Shown: piece after piece, positions 1-13,309 of the stretch
How the letters are laid out: each line of letters begins with the position of its first letter
Position numbering within the stretch: the stretch's first letter is position 1
NCBI RefSeq assembly: GCF_018350175.1
Contig: NC_058368.1
Span: 127,722,001-127,786,000, forward strand
DNA from: Felis catus
Lineage: Eukaryota
Reading direction: 5' to 3'
DNA length: 64,000 bases
Position numbers and translations under genes: made by a program
The notes under the pieces: model-generated
Database searches by the model: none
Seen by the model: the letters and a program-made list of their open reading frames with translations, nothing else
Told to the model about the DNA's origin: nothing

Positions 1-725
1 GTCGTCATGGCAAACAGTACAGAGGTTACTCAAAGAAACTTAAAAATTAGAACTACCATATGATCCAGAAATTCTACTTCTGGGTATTTATCCAAAGACA
101 ATGAAAACACCAATTTGAATAGATACATGCACTCCTATGTTTATTACAGTATTAGTTACAACAGCTAAGATATTGAAGCAATATAATTGTCTACTGATAG
201 ATGTATATGCACACCATGTATATATGTATATGTACACACATGCACACACAATGGAATATAATTCAGTCATTGAAAAAAAAAGAAGGAAATTCTGCCAGTT
301 GAGATAGCATCGGTGGACCTCAAGGGCATTATACTAAGTGAAATAAGTCAGGGAAAGCTAAATATCATATAATTTCTTATGTGTGAAATCAAAACAAATG
401 AACAAACCAAACATAAATACACTCATACATACAGGATGCAAACTGTTGGTTACAAGAGTGGGGAAAGAGTTGGTTACAAGAGGGGGTAGGTGAAATAGGT
501 GAAGACAATTAGGAGGTACAAACTACCAGTTATAAAAAAAATCATGGGGATTTTATGTATAGCATAGAGAATATAGTCAATAATATTGTAATAACTTTGT
601 AAGGTGTCTAGACTTAAGGTGGGGATCATTTCATAATATACAAAACTATCAAACCACTATAACGTATACTTGAAACTAAAAGGATACTGTATGTGAATTA
701 CACTTCAATAAGAAATTAAAAAGAA
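1..725 (+). mobile_element. LINE-1 3' fragment (end of ORF2 plus 3'UTR, carnivore/L1MA-like)
   Basis: Hallmark L1 motifs ('tagaactaccatatgatccag', 'ctaagtgaaataagtcag') ending in an A-rich tail near 710-725; runs off the window start. Confidence 0.9.
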
Positions 726-802
726 AATCATGTAAGTACCTTCTAACATGTTCCCAATTTGAGAGTTTTCAACTTCTCTTATAGTTCCAAAAAGTTACTT
801 AT

Positions 803-1010
803 TGAAGTAGTTTATTGCATGACCTTTGAGGTAAGACTGTTGGGTTCCAATCCACCACTTCCTAGTCATGTGACCTTAGCTAAATTACTTACCTCCATGT
901 CAATTATATACAAAGTAGGATTATTACCTATCTCAAAAGGTCTTGTGATTATTTAATGAGATAATACTCAGCATAATGCCTTATACACAGTAACTATTCA
1001 ATAAAAGCTA
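803..1010 (+). mobile_element. MIR SINE
   Basis: MIR core 'gggttccaatccaccacttcctagtcatgtgaccttagctaaattactt' and 3' end 'cacagtaactattcaataaaagcta'. Confidence 0.8.
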
Positions 1011-1063
1011 CCAATTTTGGTTATTTCTGATAGAGTTGAAAGAATCCTAAGTTTGATTTTTCT

Positions 1064-1400
1064 CAGTGGTTTCCAACCTTGGCTGCATCTAAGGAGCATC
1101 ACCTTGAAGGGCTTTAAAAGTTTCCAATGTTAAACTGTAGACCAGTTATTTCTAACAGTGATGTTATCAGAATCACTTAGGAAACAAGTTATGAACACAA
1201 AAGCCCAAGCTCCTTGAAGCAGATAGAGCTTGGGGCTTTATACATTTACCAATTCGTCAGGCGATTCTGAAAACAGCCAAAATTTAAAAACCATTGCCAC
1301 ACCTAAATGAATGAAATCAGTATTTCCAGGGAGGGGACCCAGATGACACCATTTTTAAAAACTCCTTAGGTGACTTCAAGATATCAATAAATACCAACCC
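1064..1400. mobile_element. MER5-family hAT-Charlie MITE with a second MER5-like copy nested at ~1142-1296
   Basis: Outer terminus 'cagtggtttccaaccttggctgca'; inner 'cagttatttc...aaaaaccattg'; outer resumes at 'ccacacc...aaatcagtatttccagg'. Confidence 0.7.
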
Positions 1401-1623
1401 AGACCTATTCCCTCATTATATAGTTGTAAAAATACTTTAGTGTCTCTTGGTTGACTTGCTCCATGACTTAAATATTTTTTGGCAAAACTGGTTTAAGAGC
1501 TCAGATTTCATGGAAAATACACACTTTAGCTGTGACTCTTATTGTCTCTATGTTAAAAGAAAATCTTATACAGTTAAAAATTGAGACTTCTAACTTTCAC
1601 TTAAAAACCCTTTTCATCAATCT

Positions 1624-1823
1624 TTAATGTTTCTTTACTTATCTTTGAGAGAGAGAGCATGAGAAGGGGAGGAACAGAGAGAAAGAGGGAAACAGAATCC
1701 CAAACAGGTACAGTGCTGTCAGTGCAGAACCCCATGAGGAGCTCAAACTCACGAAAGTGGGATCATGACCTGAGCTGATATCAAGAGTCAGATGCTTAGC
1801 CAACTGAGCCACCCAGGTACTCC
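1624..1823 (-). mobile_element. CAN-SINE
   Basis: Reverse-strand tRNA-derived head, (CT)n and A-tail; TSD tttcatcaatct on both sides. Confidence 0.95.
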
Positions 1824-2036
1824 TCCTTTCATCAATCTAAGGGTTGCATATTCATAGTTAAAACAACCAAAAAAGGACATATTTAATGAGTACATCAATT
1901 TTCCACTCTTATATGTCAAATTATCCATTTTTCCCAAATATTGACCATAAATGTTGGAGTTTTACGGGTAAAATCAACGAGGGTTTCTAAAACTATTGCA
2001 TTCATTTGGGCCTCCTTGAAAGTTTTCATTACTCAC

Positions 2037-2103
2037 CATCAGGACATCGGTATATAAAGTGAAAAATTCACATAAATGATCAGTGTATTTTTCCTGAACA
2101 AAC
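2037..2103 (-). other. Candidate internal exon (FVQEKYTDHLCEFFTLYTDVLM), unverified
   Basis: tatttag acceptor, ATG|gtgagt donor, one open frame, in unique sequence; no recognised homolog. Confidence 0.2.
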
Positions 2104-3944
2104 CTAAATAATCAGTTTGTGCCACTACTATGGTACAGAGATTATTATACACTACCACCACCATCCTTTTCTGCCAGTGCATTTTAAATCTGCCCTAGCA
2201 ATCCAATCAATCACTCAGCATGCTATGGGACAACTAACAAGGGAGAACATTCCTGTCAATAATGATGGAAAGTGCTAGCAGAAATGATGTCAATTAAAAA
2301 CTAAGAGTGAACAAGCACCATTTCAATTCAGAACATGGAATTAAATGGTAAGTTATGATAACTAAGGGTCCTCTGCCAACTTTGTGATGACACAAAGATT
2401 TAAATTAAGCTTTCTTTTTGCATATACCCTAGGTATATTTGAATACACGTTTGTTATGTTATTTGTTACGATGCATCAATTTGATGCCAAACAGCTTAAA
2501 GTGGGAAATTTTCACCGTCAGATACTGTCTTATACAAGGCCAAACTGCTGCCTACTTAGAAATATCCAAAGCATGTTTCCGAGTCTTATATTTCACTCAG
2601 GTCTTCGATGTTTTTCAGAAACAGGGTTAGGGAATTTCCTATGGATATATGAAGGGCTTTTAGAATTGTAAAAATCTACACATATATTAGATAGCATTGT
2701 GAATATTACCACTCTAAGTACTATTACTAAAGTCCCTATCCCATTGTTTCAATATGCTAGGTCATTTTTAGTAATTTTTTCCTCTAATATGAAACAAACA
2801 GCAAATATGTGATGAATTAAGAAGTGCCACACTTGACTGCATTTTTCTCTATCACACTGAAGCAAATTCAACAATAAGTGCTTGGCTGGTCATGTTTCAG
2901 TACTACCAAAAACCAATCTTGTATCTTTCTAACGAACTACTCCACTTGTCAATTCAAGCTAAAAATATTAGTTATATACCATCTGTCAATTACCATTCAG
3001 ATTTTGGTATTTAATTGATGAACATGAAAAAAAAATAATTGTCCTCAAAGAACTCTGTGTCATAAGGGAAGTAAACAAATAGACAAACAACTATAATTCA
3101 GGGAGATAGAGAGTGAGATGTAGGTGTGGATGGGGATATGTAGTGTCTGGTATGGAAACACAGGAAGAATATTCAAAGCTTAAGGGTCAGTGAGTCTTCA
3201 CAAAGAAGTATCTGATGCCAAGACCTCAAGTTTAAGTTGAAATGAGCTAATCATATCTTGTATGAACATATGTGTGTGACTGTGTATGTCTGTCTTGGGG
3301 AGCATCAAGGTAAAGGCATTCTGGACAGAAGTTGGCTCAGGCAGAAACTTACAGATGAGAGTAATCACAGGGCACTGAAAATTAAGAAGATTTCAAGAAA
3401 TTTTACAAGTTTATGAGAAGGGCAGGTAGGCAACTATGCAAACATCTCATCATGAATCTTTAAGGAAGGGACCCAACTAGGCAATATAGTTACTTTGTAT
3501 AAATTATCAAAAGGGGCCCCCCTAGATCAATCAGGTTAGTTGATGAGAAGGAAGCCAACAGAGAAGAAATTAAGGATATGAGAGGGAAAAGGAGAATAAT
3601 AGATGGTAGAATGTCCCTGAGAAAGCAAAAGTAGATTGAACTTTAAGGTACGGATGGCCTTAAACTAGACCAAAGCCAACATTTCCATTGTGACAGGAAA
3701 TGATGAATTCTGGGGGAATAAGTTTATTGTATTTATCAAAGATTTAACTTTTGTCATTCTGCCAAATAATTTTCACACATTATTTTATTTAATCCTTGCA
3801 ACAATTTACTTCTTTCTTCACATTTTGAAAATCACAAGGCATCTTTCTACAGAGACTAAAAGGACTATGCCATGCTCCTGCAGATGTTGAGTGTAATGCA
3901 GGTGATCTTTACACAGAAACATCTACTGCCTCATTGTCCAAACA

Positions 3945-4330
3945 TTAATTCATTCAACCAATACTTAATGAACACTTAATATGTGCCAAGCATAAGATCT
4001 GGATGAAAATAGGTGAATATCCCTGAATAGTTTTGGCTCTCCTGTTGTAATTGGAAGAAAGAGAATAACCACTCAAATATATAAATATGCTACACAAGGC
4101 TAAGTGCTATAAAGCAAATTGAAGCAAAATGAGAAGTCAGAGTGTGATGTTTGGGAATGAAGGCAGTAAGGATGCAAGCAAGCATTCCAGGCTATGATAA
4201 ATGCAAATGCAGACATTGACAGAGCAGCACCTTGTTATACTGGGGAATACCAAGCCAACCATTGGCCTAGGGTAAAATAAGGTGAGGTTGTTTGGAAATG
4301 AGGAAAGGAGGGCCATGTTGGTATGGTAAA
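3945..4330 (-). mobile_element. L2 LINE fragment
   Basis: Starts 'ttcattcaaccaatacttaatgaacacttaatatgtgccaagc', the reverse complement of the L2 3' end. Confidence 0.7.
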
Positions 4331-5994
4331 GATTTATGAATTGTTACTTGTATTCATAGAGCAGCACATAGCTGAATTTTAGATTTAATTAAAGAGATTT
4401 AGATTAATTAATGAGATTTAGACACCTAATATTCACTTAAAATGTCTTCAAAATACTACGCTATAATGCCTCCCTGAAAAGATAAATTGTTCTGTATATA
4501 AAAATTGTTTTTTATAGCAAAAATTGTTTTTTTAAGGCAAAAATTGTTTGCCTTAGAGACAAACATCTATTGTAAGTAAAGGAAATAAATCTTTCAGAGA
4601 GAAAGACCATACTTCGGTATTCTATTGTATAGCAACAAGGTATTCAAAAGTACTTGAAGCTGTATATTGCTTCACCACTGAAATAACTACAAAATTGTGT
4701 CTGATCATACAGCAGCAATACACTTAAAATGACTAGATGTTACCAAATCCCTTGGAAGATGTCACAGAACTTTCAAAGTGACTGATTCGTGAGAAGTGAA
4801 GGATGATTACCCAGGTGCTAAATGTCCATCTGTCAAAAGCTTCCAGCTGACTTTTAAGAGAGGATCCTAAACTTCCAGTGTTTGATAATTAAATTTAAAA
4901 AAGAAATCAAAAGGTTTTGAAATGTCACGCTCACTCTCATACATGCAAAAGAGATTATGAGAAGGAGCCGTTTCTATGAAATTAGGCCTAACCTACCAAA
5001 GGCCAAAAGTAGTTAAGAATCTTTAAATTCTAAATGCAAAGAAGAGTTAACCTTAAAATTTAAGATGCTGAAAAGTGACAAGGTAGGCAGGGGTATGGCA
5101 AAAATGCATGCATTTTCCCCTCATGAAAAAATTTAAAATACTTATCATTTTATAAAGCTCCTATTAAACTGAGTTGAATATGATAATAAACATGTTTAAA
5201 ATAAAGTTTTGTAATTTTTTGAGCTTTAGTTTCCTCATCTGTAAAACAGAATAGTGACAAAATACATGTGACAGGAATTTGTAAGAATTATATGAAGTCA
5301 TTCACGGAAAGCATTGAACCCAAAGACTGTCATTTTATGCACCCAATCAAAATTTGCTGCTGTTGTACTTGTCAGGATGATGACAATTAAATTAGATGAT
5401 GAATTTAAAGCCAGGTCTGTCTGTAATCCAGATTTTGTGCAAAATACTGTGCTGTATATACTATGAACATATCATAAAAATGAAAAAAGTCCTTTTGGGG
5501 CTTTATTCTTCCCTTATCTCCCTAAACCAGCCAGTAATTGAGTATGGAAACACACTGAAAAGAGCTCCAAGTTTCAGGTGCCCAAATCAGAAGCCCATGA
5601 TAGATGGGGGAAAGGGAAATGCTCTCTCAATTTGCAGGAATAAAGCCATTCTACAACTAACTATTCATGCTTAGATTCAGTGACCTCCAATGGATCTGTG
5701 AGTACTTTGAAATAATTATCCAAGACCACCAGATTCAAATCCTACAGTAGCTATAGCTAATATTAATTGAAAGATGAATAAGTTTAACTCATTAAGTCAA
5801 ATGGCTTTTCTTCAAGAGATAATAAATGTGCTATGTTTCAGCAGTGTCACAATTCACCCTTATAATCTGAAGTAAATAAGACTTCAAAGAGGCTTCCTGC
5901 ATTGAGAGAAGGCTAGTTTCTTAATCTGTTCTCAAGAAATACACGTTCCCTCCAAAAGAGAGAGAATTTGGATCAGTACCTGGGGCATACTCAC

Positions 5995-6062
5995 AACCTG
6001 ACTTGAATTGTAGCCCGCTTATTCACTTTATTTGTGAATGCAACAATTTTAATGAAATGGTA
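5995..6062 (-). other. Candidate internal exon (YHFIKIVAFTNKVNKRATIQVR), unverified
   Basis: Polypyrimidine tract plus aag acceptor, gtgagt donor, one open frame. Confidence 0.15.
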
Positions 6063-6223
6063 CTTAAGAAAACATTAAGAAAAGGTACTACTCATTTTCA
6101 TAGAATTTAACATTTCCATGCAACTTGGTGAGTGGAATAAAAGAAAATAAGAACCTTGAGAGAAGAAAAAAATATATAGAATTCACAATTCAAAGAAGAT
6201 TCATTGACATGTTAGTTTTTAAT

Positions 6224-6254
6224 TTTTTTTACTGTTTGTTTATTTTTGAGAGAT

Positions 6255-6315
<61 letters not shown>

Positions 6316-6471
6316 TGGGGAGGGGAAGAGAAAGAGGGAGATATACAATTCAAAACAGGCTCCAGGCTCTGAGCTGTCAGCACAGAGCCCCACATGGGGC
6401 TCAAACTCAAGGTGAGATCATGACCGGAGCGGAAGTCAGACACTTAACCGACTGAGCCACCCAGGCACCCC
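6224..6471 (-). mobile_element. CAN-SINE with expanded (GA)n
   Basis: SINE body; flanking direct repeat at 6197-6223 and 6475-6501. Confidence 0.95.
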
Positions 6472-7014
6472 AGCAGATTCACCAACATGTTAGTTTTTAA
6501 TGTTTCTGCTTGCTTACTCTTTCTTCTTGCATATTTGACACCATGATTCAAGATTTTATTTATTTTAATCAGTGTAGTTTTGACATTGTATTTAGAGGAA
6601 GTAGAAGAAAGATATTAACCATTATTCTCCCCAGCATGACACTACCATTTTAAAATAAACGGAAGATCCATGGTCTAATATTACTAAGGCTGAGTAATTT
6701 TCCCCCTGGCTCAGTGCATGGAAAAACAGCATATTTTCTTCATGCATAAATAATGGAAATCTCATCATTGAATTGTTCAGAATGCTTTCTGGAGTGTGCC
6801 AAATGTAGATCTAGATTATTTGCATTGGCCTCTGTGCAGGTTCAAAGACCTGGACTAAGTGACCAGTTATAGACTACACACTAGGCTTATTAACACACCC
6901 AGTCCTTTTTTGATGTTGGTCAAGTAACCCACAAATGCTTAGTTGGTAAACATGGTCAAACCACTAGTCTTATTGAATACAAACATTTTTCTAAAAAGTA
7001 TGTCATTCATCATC

Positions 7015-7232
7015 ATTATTAAGGGAATGGACACTACAGCCAGAAAGTCCTGAGTTTCAGTTCCAGCTCTGAGATGTTCTAGACACTTGACTGCAGGCTA
7101 CATTCACCACTGTAAGTATCAATATCTCACCTATGAAGTAGGGGTGATAATAGAACTGACTTTGCAAAGCTACTCTAAGGACTAAATGAGATTATAAATG
7201 TAAAATACTCAGCACAGTATCTGGCACATCAG
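7015..7232 (+). mobile_element. MIR SINE
   Basis: 'cctgagtttcagttccagctctg...ctcacctatgaagtaggggtgataata...agcacagtatctggcaca'. Confidence 0.75.
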
Positions 7233-7977
7233 TAATATATGTATACATATAAGTATATACATAATACATTATTCTATACATTTATGTATATACTTACATG
7301 TATTCATACATTACATCTAATTTACATATAATTGAGGAAATGACAGAAATGGAGAACAAAACACCTCTACAGTATCATGCCAGGTGTGGAGCTCTTGAAA
7401 ATCCTTTGCTGTATCCAAGTAATATTAGAACTGTATGTTTCAGCCAGGAAAGAATACTTTGATGAGAAAAAGCGCTACGGTATCTTAAAGGTGAAACTAG
7501 TTCTGATTTCTACTGTTTTTTGTTTCTATGTTTATTTTCACTCCAGATGTGTTTTTTGGCATATGGAGAAGAAGGAAGACAACTAACATCTATTGAGGGT
7601 CTACTGTATAACAGATGTTGCTTGTCATGAGCATGTCACATATACTACAGCAATTGATAGTCATGGCCTTTTAATCAGGTAGAAATTATCATTCCTACTT
7701 TGTGTAACTGGCCTAAATAACTGGGCAAGATTTCCACAACTAGAAAACACTGGAACCCAATTTCTAGCCACTATTTGTGTCACCTCCAAAGTCTTTAACA
7801 TTTCTTTACCTAAGGAATTTACTACATCCAGTATTAGGTAAGGTTCATATCTGTTCTTAATCGGCAAACTTTAGGAACACTGTGCTAGGAAAATACTTAG
7901 CTTCCTAACCAGCCAAAGTGGTAGCTTTCTAAACAGTTACTACTCCATAATAGAAATAACCAGATATTGCACTAAAG

Positions 7978-8200
7978 CAGGCTCGGCAAACTGTGGCTCT
8001 AGGACAAATGCAACTTCCACCTGTTTTTATAAATTCAGTTTCATTGGGACACAGTCACATCCATTCATTTTTTTTTTTATTGTCTATGATTGCTTACAAA
8101 TTATAGCAACTGAGTTGAGTAGTTGTGACACAAGCTGTATACCACACAACACCTACAATATTCACTATCTAGGTCTTTATAGGAATACTTTGCTGACTGT
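7978..8200. mobile_element. MER58A-like hAT MITE
   Basis: Ends 'caggctcggcaaact' and 'tttgctgactg'; internal 'gagttgagtagttgtgaca'. Confidence 0.8.
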
Positions 8201-8524
8201 TAATGAATGAGAAAATGCTAGATGACTAACAAACCATCACTTATAACATCCTTTCCATGAGGGATTACTCCTTGTTGTGTTTGGGCAAAAGTGAGTCTCA
8301 AGAAGTCACTTTCAACAGCCTCCAAGTCAGCCCCAGGAAGACCCAGAGGAGGAGAGGCTGTGTGATCTCAAGAGCATAGGTCTCACTCAGGTGGTATACC
8401 CCAAAGGAAAAGATACTCCGTTCATGACACCCAGCTGACCAGCACAAAGGGAGACTTAGGGTCTGATTTTCTTTGATAGTTCCTTTTCCCCTCAGCTGAA
8501 ACTTCTCCAAAGTCCTCACTCTTT

Positions 8525-8740
8525 TTTTTTTTTTTAATGTCTATTTATTTTTGAGAGAGAGAGAGAGACAGAACATGAGTGGGGGAGGAGCAGTGAAAGA
8601 GGGTAATACAGAATCCAAAGTAGGCCCCAGTCTCAGAGCCATCAGCACAGAGCCTGATGTAGGGCTTGAACTCACAAACAGCGAGATCATGACCTGAGCT
8701 TAAGTCTGACGCTTAACTGACTGAGCCACCCAGGTGCCCC
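8525..8740 (-). mobile_element. CAN-SINE
   Basis: Perfect TSD ccaaagtcctcactcttt (8507-8524 and 8742-8759). Confidence 0.95.
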
Positions 8741-9262
8741 ACCAAAGTCCTCACTCTTTACTCATCTCCCTTACCTCTTTCAAGAGGTCAAAGCCTTCCC
8801 TCTTTCAAACCAAGCCTTCTTTTGAAGAATGAGGAATCTGATTATTATTTATTCTTAACTGAAAGTGATTTATATGCTATGTGTTAACTCTTCAAGTTAC
8901 TTGAATTTCTTTATCCTTTCCTTATGTTGACAGAACTAAAGATTTTGAAATACAGTAATTTTAGGCAATATCCATGCAAAAGAAACATTTCTTGTTCCTA
9001 ATTTCTCCTTAAAATTTAATTTTTCTTACACCTTTCATTTCATAAGTCAGTACCATTCCTACTGACTTAATGATACAAGCTAGAACCTAACAGTAACAAA
9101 CTTCTCAAGATTTTCTTAAGAATTTGTCCTGGCAACTACTGAGAATAAGGCCCCCAAATGCATATTTTTATCCACTACCTACGGTAATTCCAGTAACTAT
9201 ACTGTCTGAACCAAGAACTGGGGTTCATAGTCTGATAGATCTCTAGGAAATATAAAGTACTA

Positions 9263-9615
9263 TTTTTATTGAGATATAATTGATATATAACATATTAGTT
9301 TCGTGTGTACAACATAATGATTTGATATATGTATATATTACAAAATGATCACCACAAAATACCTTGTTAACATTCATCATCATATATAACTACAATTGTT
9401 TTGCTTATGGTAAGAACTTTTAAGACCTACTCTCATATCAATTTTCAAATAAGCAATAAAGTGTTATTAATTATAGTTAATGCTATACATTACATCCTTG
9501 GGGCTTATTTACTTTAAAACTACTAATTTGTACCTTTCAATCATCTTCTCCCATTTTGTGCCTTCCTTTATCCCATCCTACCTCTGGCAACCAGCAATCT
9601 TTCTCTGTATCTGAG
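9263..9615 (-). mobile_element. LINE-1 3'UTR fragment (L1MA9-like)
   Basis: 'tttttattgagatataattgatatataacatattagtttc...cctctggcaaccagcaatct' matches the reverse L1MA-type 3' end. Confidence 0.85.
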
Positions 9616-10048
9616 TTGAGGACATGATTATTTTAATTAGATTTGTTTTCCCAAATCCAGGATGTAGAATAACTGTAACTAGAGATGCTCCAATAAATTC
9701 CCTAGAGTTGTTTGCTTAGCTAGATGGGGAATATGTGGATAATTGTGAATTCTATACTCATCTTCAAAAACTAATGATGAAAGGTGTTTAGCAACTTTGA
9801 CTAAGAATCACTTAAATCCACAATGGGGAAAATAATCATTAGAATATATTTGAATATAATACAAAATGGTACCTTAATTTGTATCTGGATTTTTTTTTAT
9901 TTACACATATTACCACATTCATTATTTTGTATTTTCTCTTTAGTTCACATCTGGGCATTATCTTTGTGTGCTGACCCTTTTCATTAAATTCCATTGTAAA
10001 AATAAAAATTATCACATGCCTGTATGTTGAATTAAATACATTTATGTC

Positions 10049-10191
10049 AGGGCAACTGGGAGGCTCAGTTAAGCATCTGACTCTTAATTTCAAGTCAGGT
10101 CATGATCTCACAGTTTGTAGGTTTGAGCCGAGGGTCAGGCTCCATGCTGACAGCGAGGAGCTTGCTTGAGATTGTCATTCATTCTCTCCCT

Positions 10192-10252
<61 letters not shown>

Positions 10253-10315
10253 TCCTTCCCTCCATCTCTGACCTGCCCCCACTTGTGCTCTCTCTCTCAA
10301 AATAAATAACCTTAA
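10049..10315 (+). mobile_element. CAN-SINE
   Basis: SINE head, long (CT)n and AATAAA tail; degenerate TSD aaatacatt. Confidence 0.95.
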
Positions 10316-10507
10316 AAATACATTAGTGTTATCTTAGACTATTTCTTCCCTTTTATTTCTTGTATCCAAACATTTCTAAGTCATATCAATTTGTCCTTAA
10401 CTATATCCCTTATAATCATCACTTCCTTTTCATTCCTACATCCAAGATTACAGTTATAAACCTCCACCACTTCACTCCTGGATTACTGTGACAGCTTTCT
10501 CTATTTT

Positions 10508-10922
10508 AGTATTATTCACAATGTGATCTGAAGACCACTTAAATCAGAATTGCATTGATCCCTGTTAAAATAGAGATTAAGGGCCCTCAATCAGAATCTC
10601 AGGAGTAGGGGTACCTGGGTTGCTCAGCTGGTTGAATATCCAACTTCAGCCTAGGTCATAATCTCACTGTTCCCGAGCCACCCCATGTGTGGCTCTGTGC
10701 TGACAACTCAGAGTGTGGAGCCTGTTTTGGATTCTGTGTCTCCCTCTCTTTCTCTGCCCTTCCCCCACTCATGCTCTGTCTCTGTCTCTGTCTCTCTCTT
10801 TCTCTCTCTAAAAAATAAATAAACATAAAAAAAAAGAATCTCAGGAGTAAAGCTCAGGAATCTGCAATATTAACAAGCTACCTGGATGGATTCCTGAACA
10901 CATTAAAGTTTAAGAACCACTG
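10508..10922. mobile_element. MER5-family MITE split by a CAN-SINE
   Basis: 'aatcagaatctcaggagta | aagctcaggaatctgcaatattaacaagc...aaagtttaagaaccactg'. Confidence 0.75.
10608..10834 (+). mobile_element. CAN-SINE
   Basis: Perfect 15-bp TSD agaatctcaggagta (10593-10607 and 10835-10849). Confidence 0.95.
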
Positions 10923-12314
10923 TTCAACACTGTTCAAACTACTTTTGTCCTTTCTCATTTCTGCATAGTTTCAAAATATTGTGCACATTTCTATTACATG
11001 AATTCATTCCAATATGTTGTCTTCTCCTTCCACTCCCTTCCATGAGTCCCCATTACCTTCAGGTTTAACTACAAATGTCGTGGCAATCAAAGATCCACAC
11101 AATATGGTCAGGAACTAACTTTACAATTCCCCACTATCTCCCAAGATTACAACCTAATTCCTAGTTTCAGGCATTCAACTCCCTTTGGAATCTCCTCCCC
11201 CAGTTTAGCACACTATTTATTCAATTTCAACTCATTCACAATACCATCCAAACACAAGGCAATTCCAACCTTTTCCATGGTGTGTCCCTTGATCTTTCCT
11301 TTGTATGAGTTAAGATCATTTATTATTCATATTATTCATATGACACTTAATCACAGACTGCTGGTGCTGCCTCTTGAATTGTCATTTAATTTTTAATGTG
11401 AGTATGCATGTCTCACTTTCATACCTTGATAGTGAAATTTCTGAGGCTAAAAATATTGGGAATACAACTGTGCTGCTAGTATGCCTATAAAGAATGAATA
11501 CATATTTTTGAAATGAATAAATGAATACAAAATTGAGTAAGTCACCTTTGATTTCACCAAGTATTTGTCCGATACAGTTGAGTATTTTAGAACTGCACAT
11601 ACTCTGTATTAAAAGACTCCCTTATCTTATGAGCTTACATTTCTCTCATCTTTATATACTTAAAAGCTATTGATGACAACTGGGTCCAATCCCAAGCCAG
11701 ACAAAATACCAGCAACAAAAGCATTAACACTGTGGTCCAAACACTGTATAAATATCTTACTGGATGGTTCAACTGGGAGGTAGAATGTGAAGTTCTACCA
11801 AACATCATTCTGCCCATTTTATACCCAGTCACACAATCACAAAACACTTCATGTCTCAATTAATAATCTCGATACCCCTAAGAGATGCTGGTAATTTAGC
11901 TGTATGATTGTTCTCAGATTCCCTTTTGGAAACACTTACATCCATGGTACTTACAATCACAAACATCTCCCTGCCTCCAAAGGATTTCATGTTCAAAATA
12001 CAAAGTCAGAATCCAGTAGAATCCTTGGTTCAGGGATAGAGTCCATATCATTATTTTCTGGGACTAGTCAGCAAGCTAGCTGAAGGATTTGTGTGAGCGT
12101 ACTGATTGACTTTAAGACTGGCTTATCCGTCTACCAGAATCTAACATTCCCCATGTTAAAAACTTTAAAGCACTAAGAGCTATATCAATGACAACACTTT
12201 GGACAATACCTGATAAGCTATGCATATGGTTTTTTTTTCAGGCGGTCTAATTCATACTATGATGCATTTTTTTAGACATTTAAAGTAATATATTATGGTA
12301 ATGTATATGTACTT

Positions 12315-12529
12315 ATTTTTTTTATATTTATTTTTGGGAGAAAGAGAGAGAGAGGGAGCGAACAAGCAGGGGAGGGGCAGAGAGAGAGAGGGACACACAG
12401 AATCTGAAGCAGGCTCTAGGCTTTGAGCTGTCAGCACAGAGCCTGATGTGGGGCTCGAACTCACCGACTTTGAGATCATGACCTGTGCTGAAGTCTGACG
12501 CTTAACTGATTAAGCCACCCGGGTGCCCC
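12315..12529 (-). mobile_element. CAN-SINE
   Basis: Reverse SINE body ending 'gccacccgggtgcccc'. Confidence 0.95.
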
Positions 12530-13109
12530 ATATGGCCAAAATGTATAGCCAAATTCTCTATTTGAATGGGAAATTTGTTTTTTGTATAAATTATAATTAT
12601 TGTAATGCCTTATAAGGTTCATATTTTTATTGTTGTTAGTATTTCAATTTCCATAGGTTATTCTTTTTCCAAACAATAAAATAGAAAGGGAGACTTTGGA
12701 GTAATAAAAATTTATGGTCAAATCCCAACTCTGCAACTAACATTGTGAATAGAGGGTATGTGCTCTTACTCCTCTGAGGTTAATTTCCCTAAAATGTTAA
12801 CGGAAAAAGTTATAATTCCTACATCTAAGAATTGCAATAAGGATATAATAACACATGTAACTGTAGCACTTGCCATACAGATAATTGCTCACTGCCTGCT
12901 TCCCTCCATTAGGAAAAAAAAAGTGATGAGGGAAGAGCCTGATATGAAGTAGACTTTTAAAAATCATTTGTTGAATTGATATAAGTAACCTGTTTTACTG
13001 ATAAGAAAAAAGATTTAAGGTGATTTTTCTGTATTTTAAATGTAACTCATCTTAAGTACTTCAGTAAAACATTTCTTAGAAAGAAAAACATTAAGAAACC
13101 AGTCCTTTT

Positions 13110-13309
13110 AGAGTGCCTGGATGGCTCAGTCTGTTAAGTGTCCTACTCCTGATTTCGGCTCAGGTCATGTTCTCGTGGTTCATGGGTTCAAGCCCCCAGT
13201 CAGCCTCCAAGCTGACAGCACAGAGCCTGCTTGGGATTCTCTCTCTCCCTCTCTACCTCTGCCCCTCCCCTGCTCTCTCTCTCTCTCAAAAATAAACACG
13301 AGCACGCGC

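Larger units (their letters stand above)
10340..11365 (+). mobile_element. L2 LINE fragment, interrupted by MER5 and a SINE
   Basis: Pyrimidine-rich L2 sense motifs such as 'cactcctggattactgtgacagctttct' and 'ccattaccttcagg'. Confidence 0.6.

Noticed and set aside
2384..2671. Overlapping plus-strand ORFs in unique sequence
   Set aside because: No recognisable domain, weak splice signals, and lengths within chance expectation.
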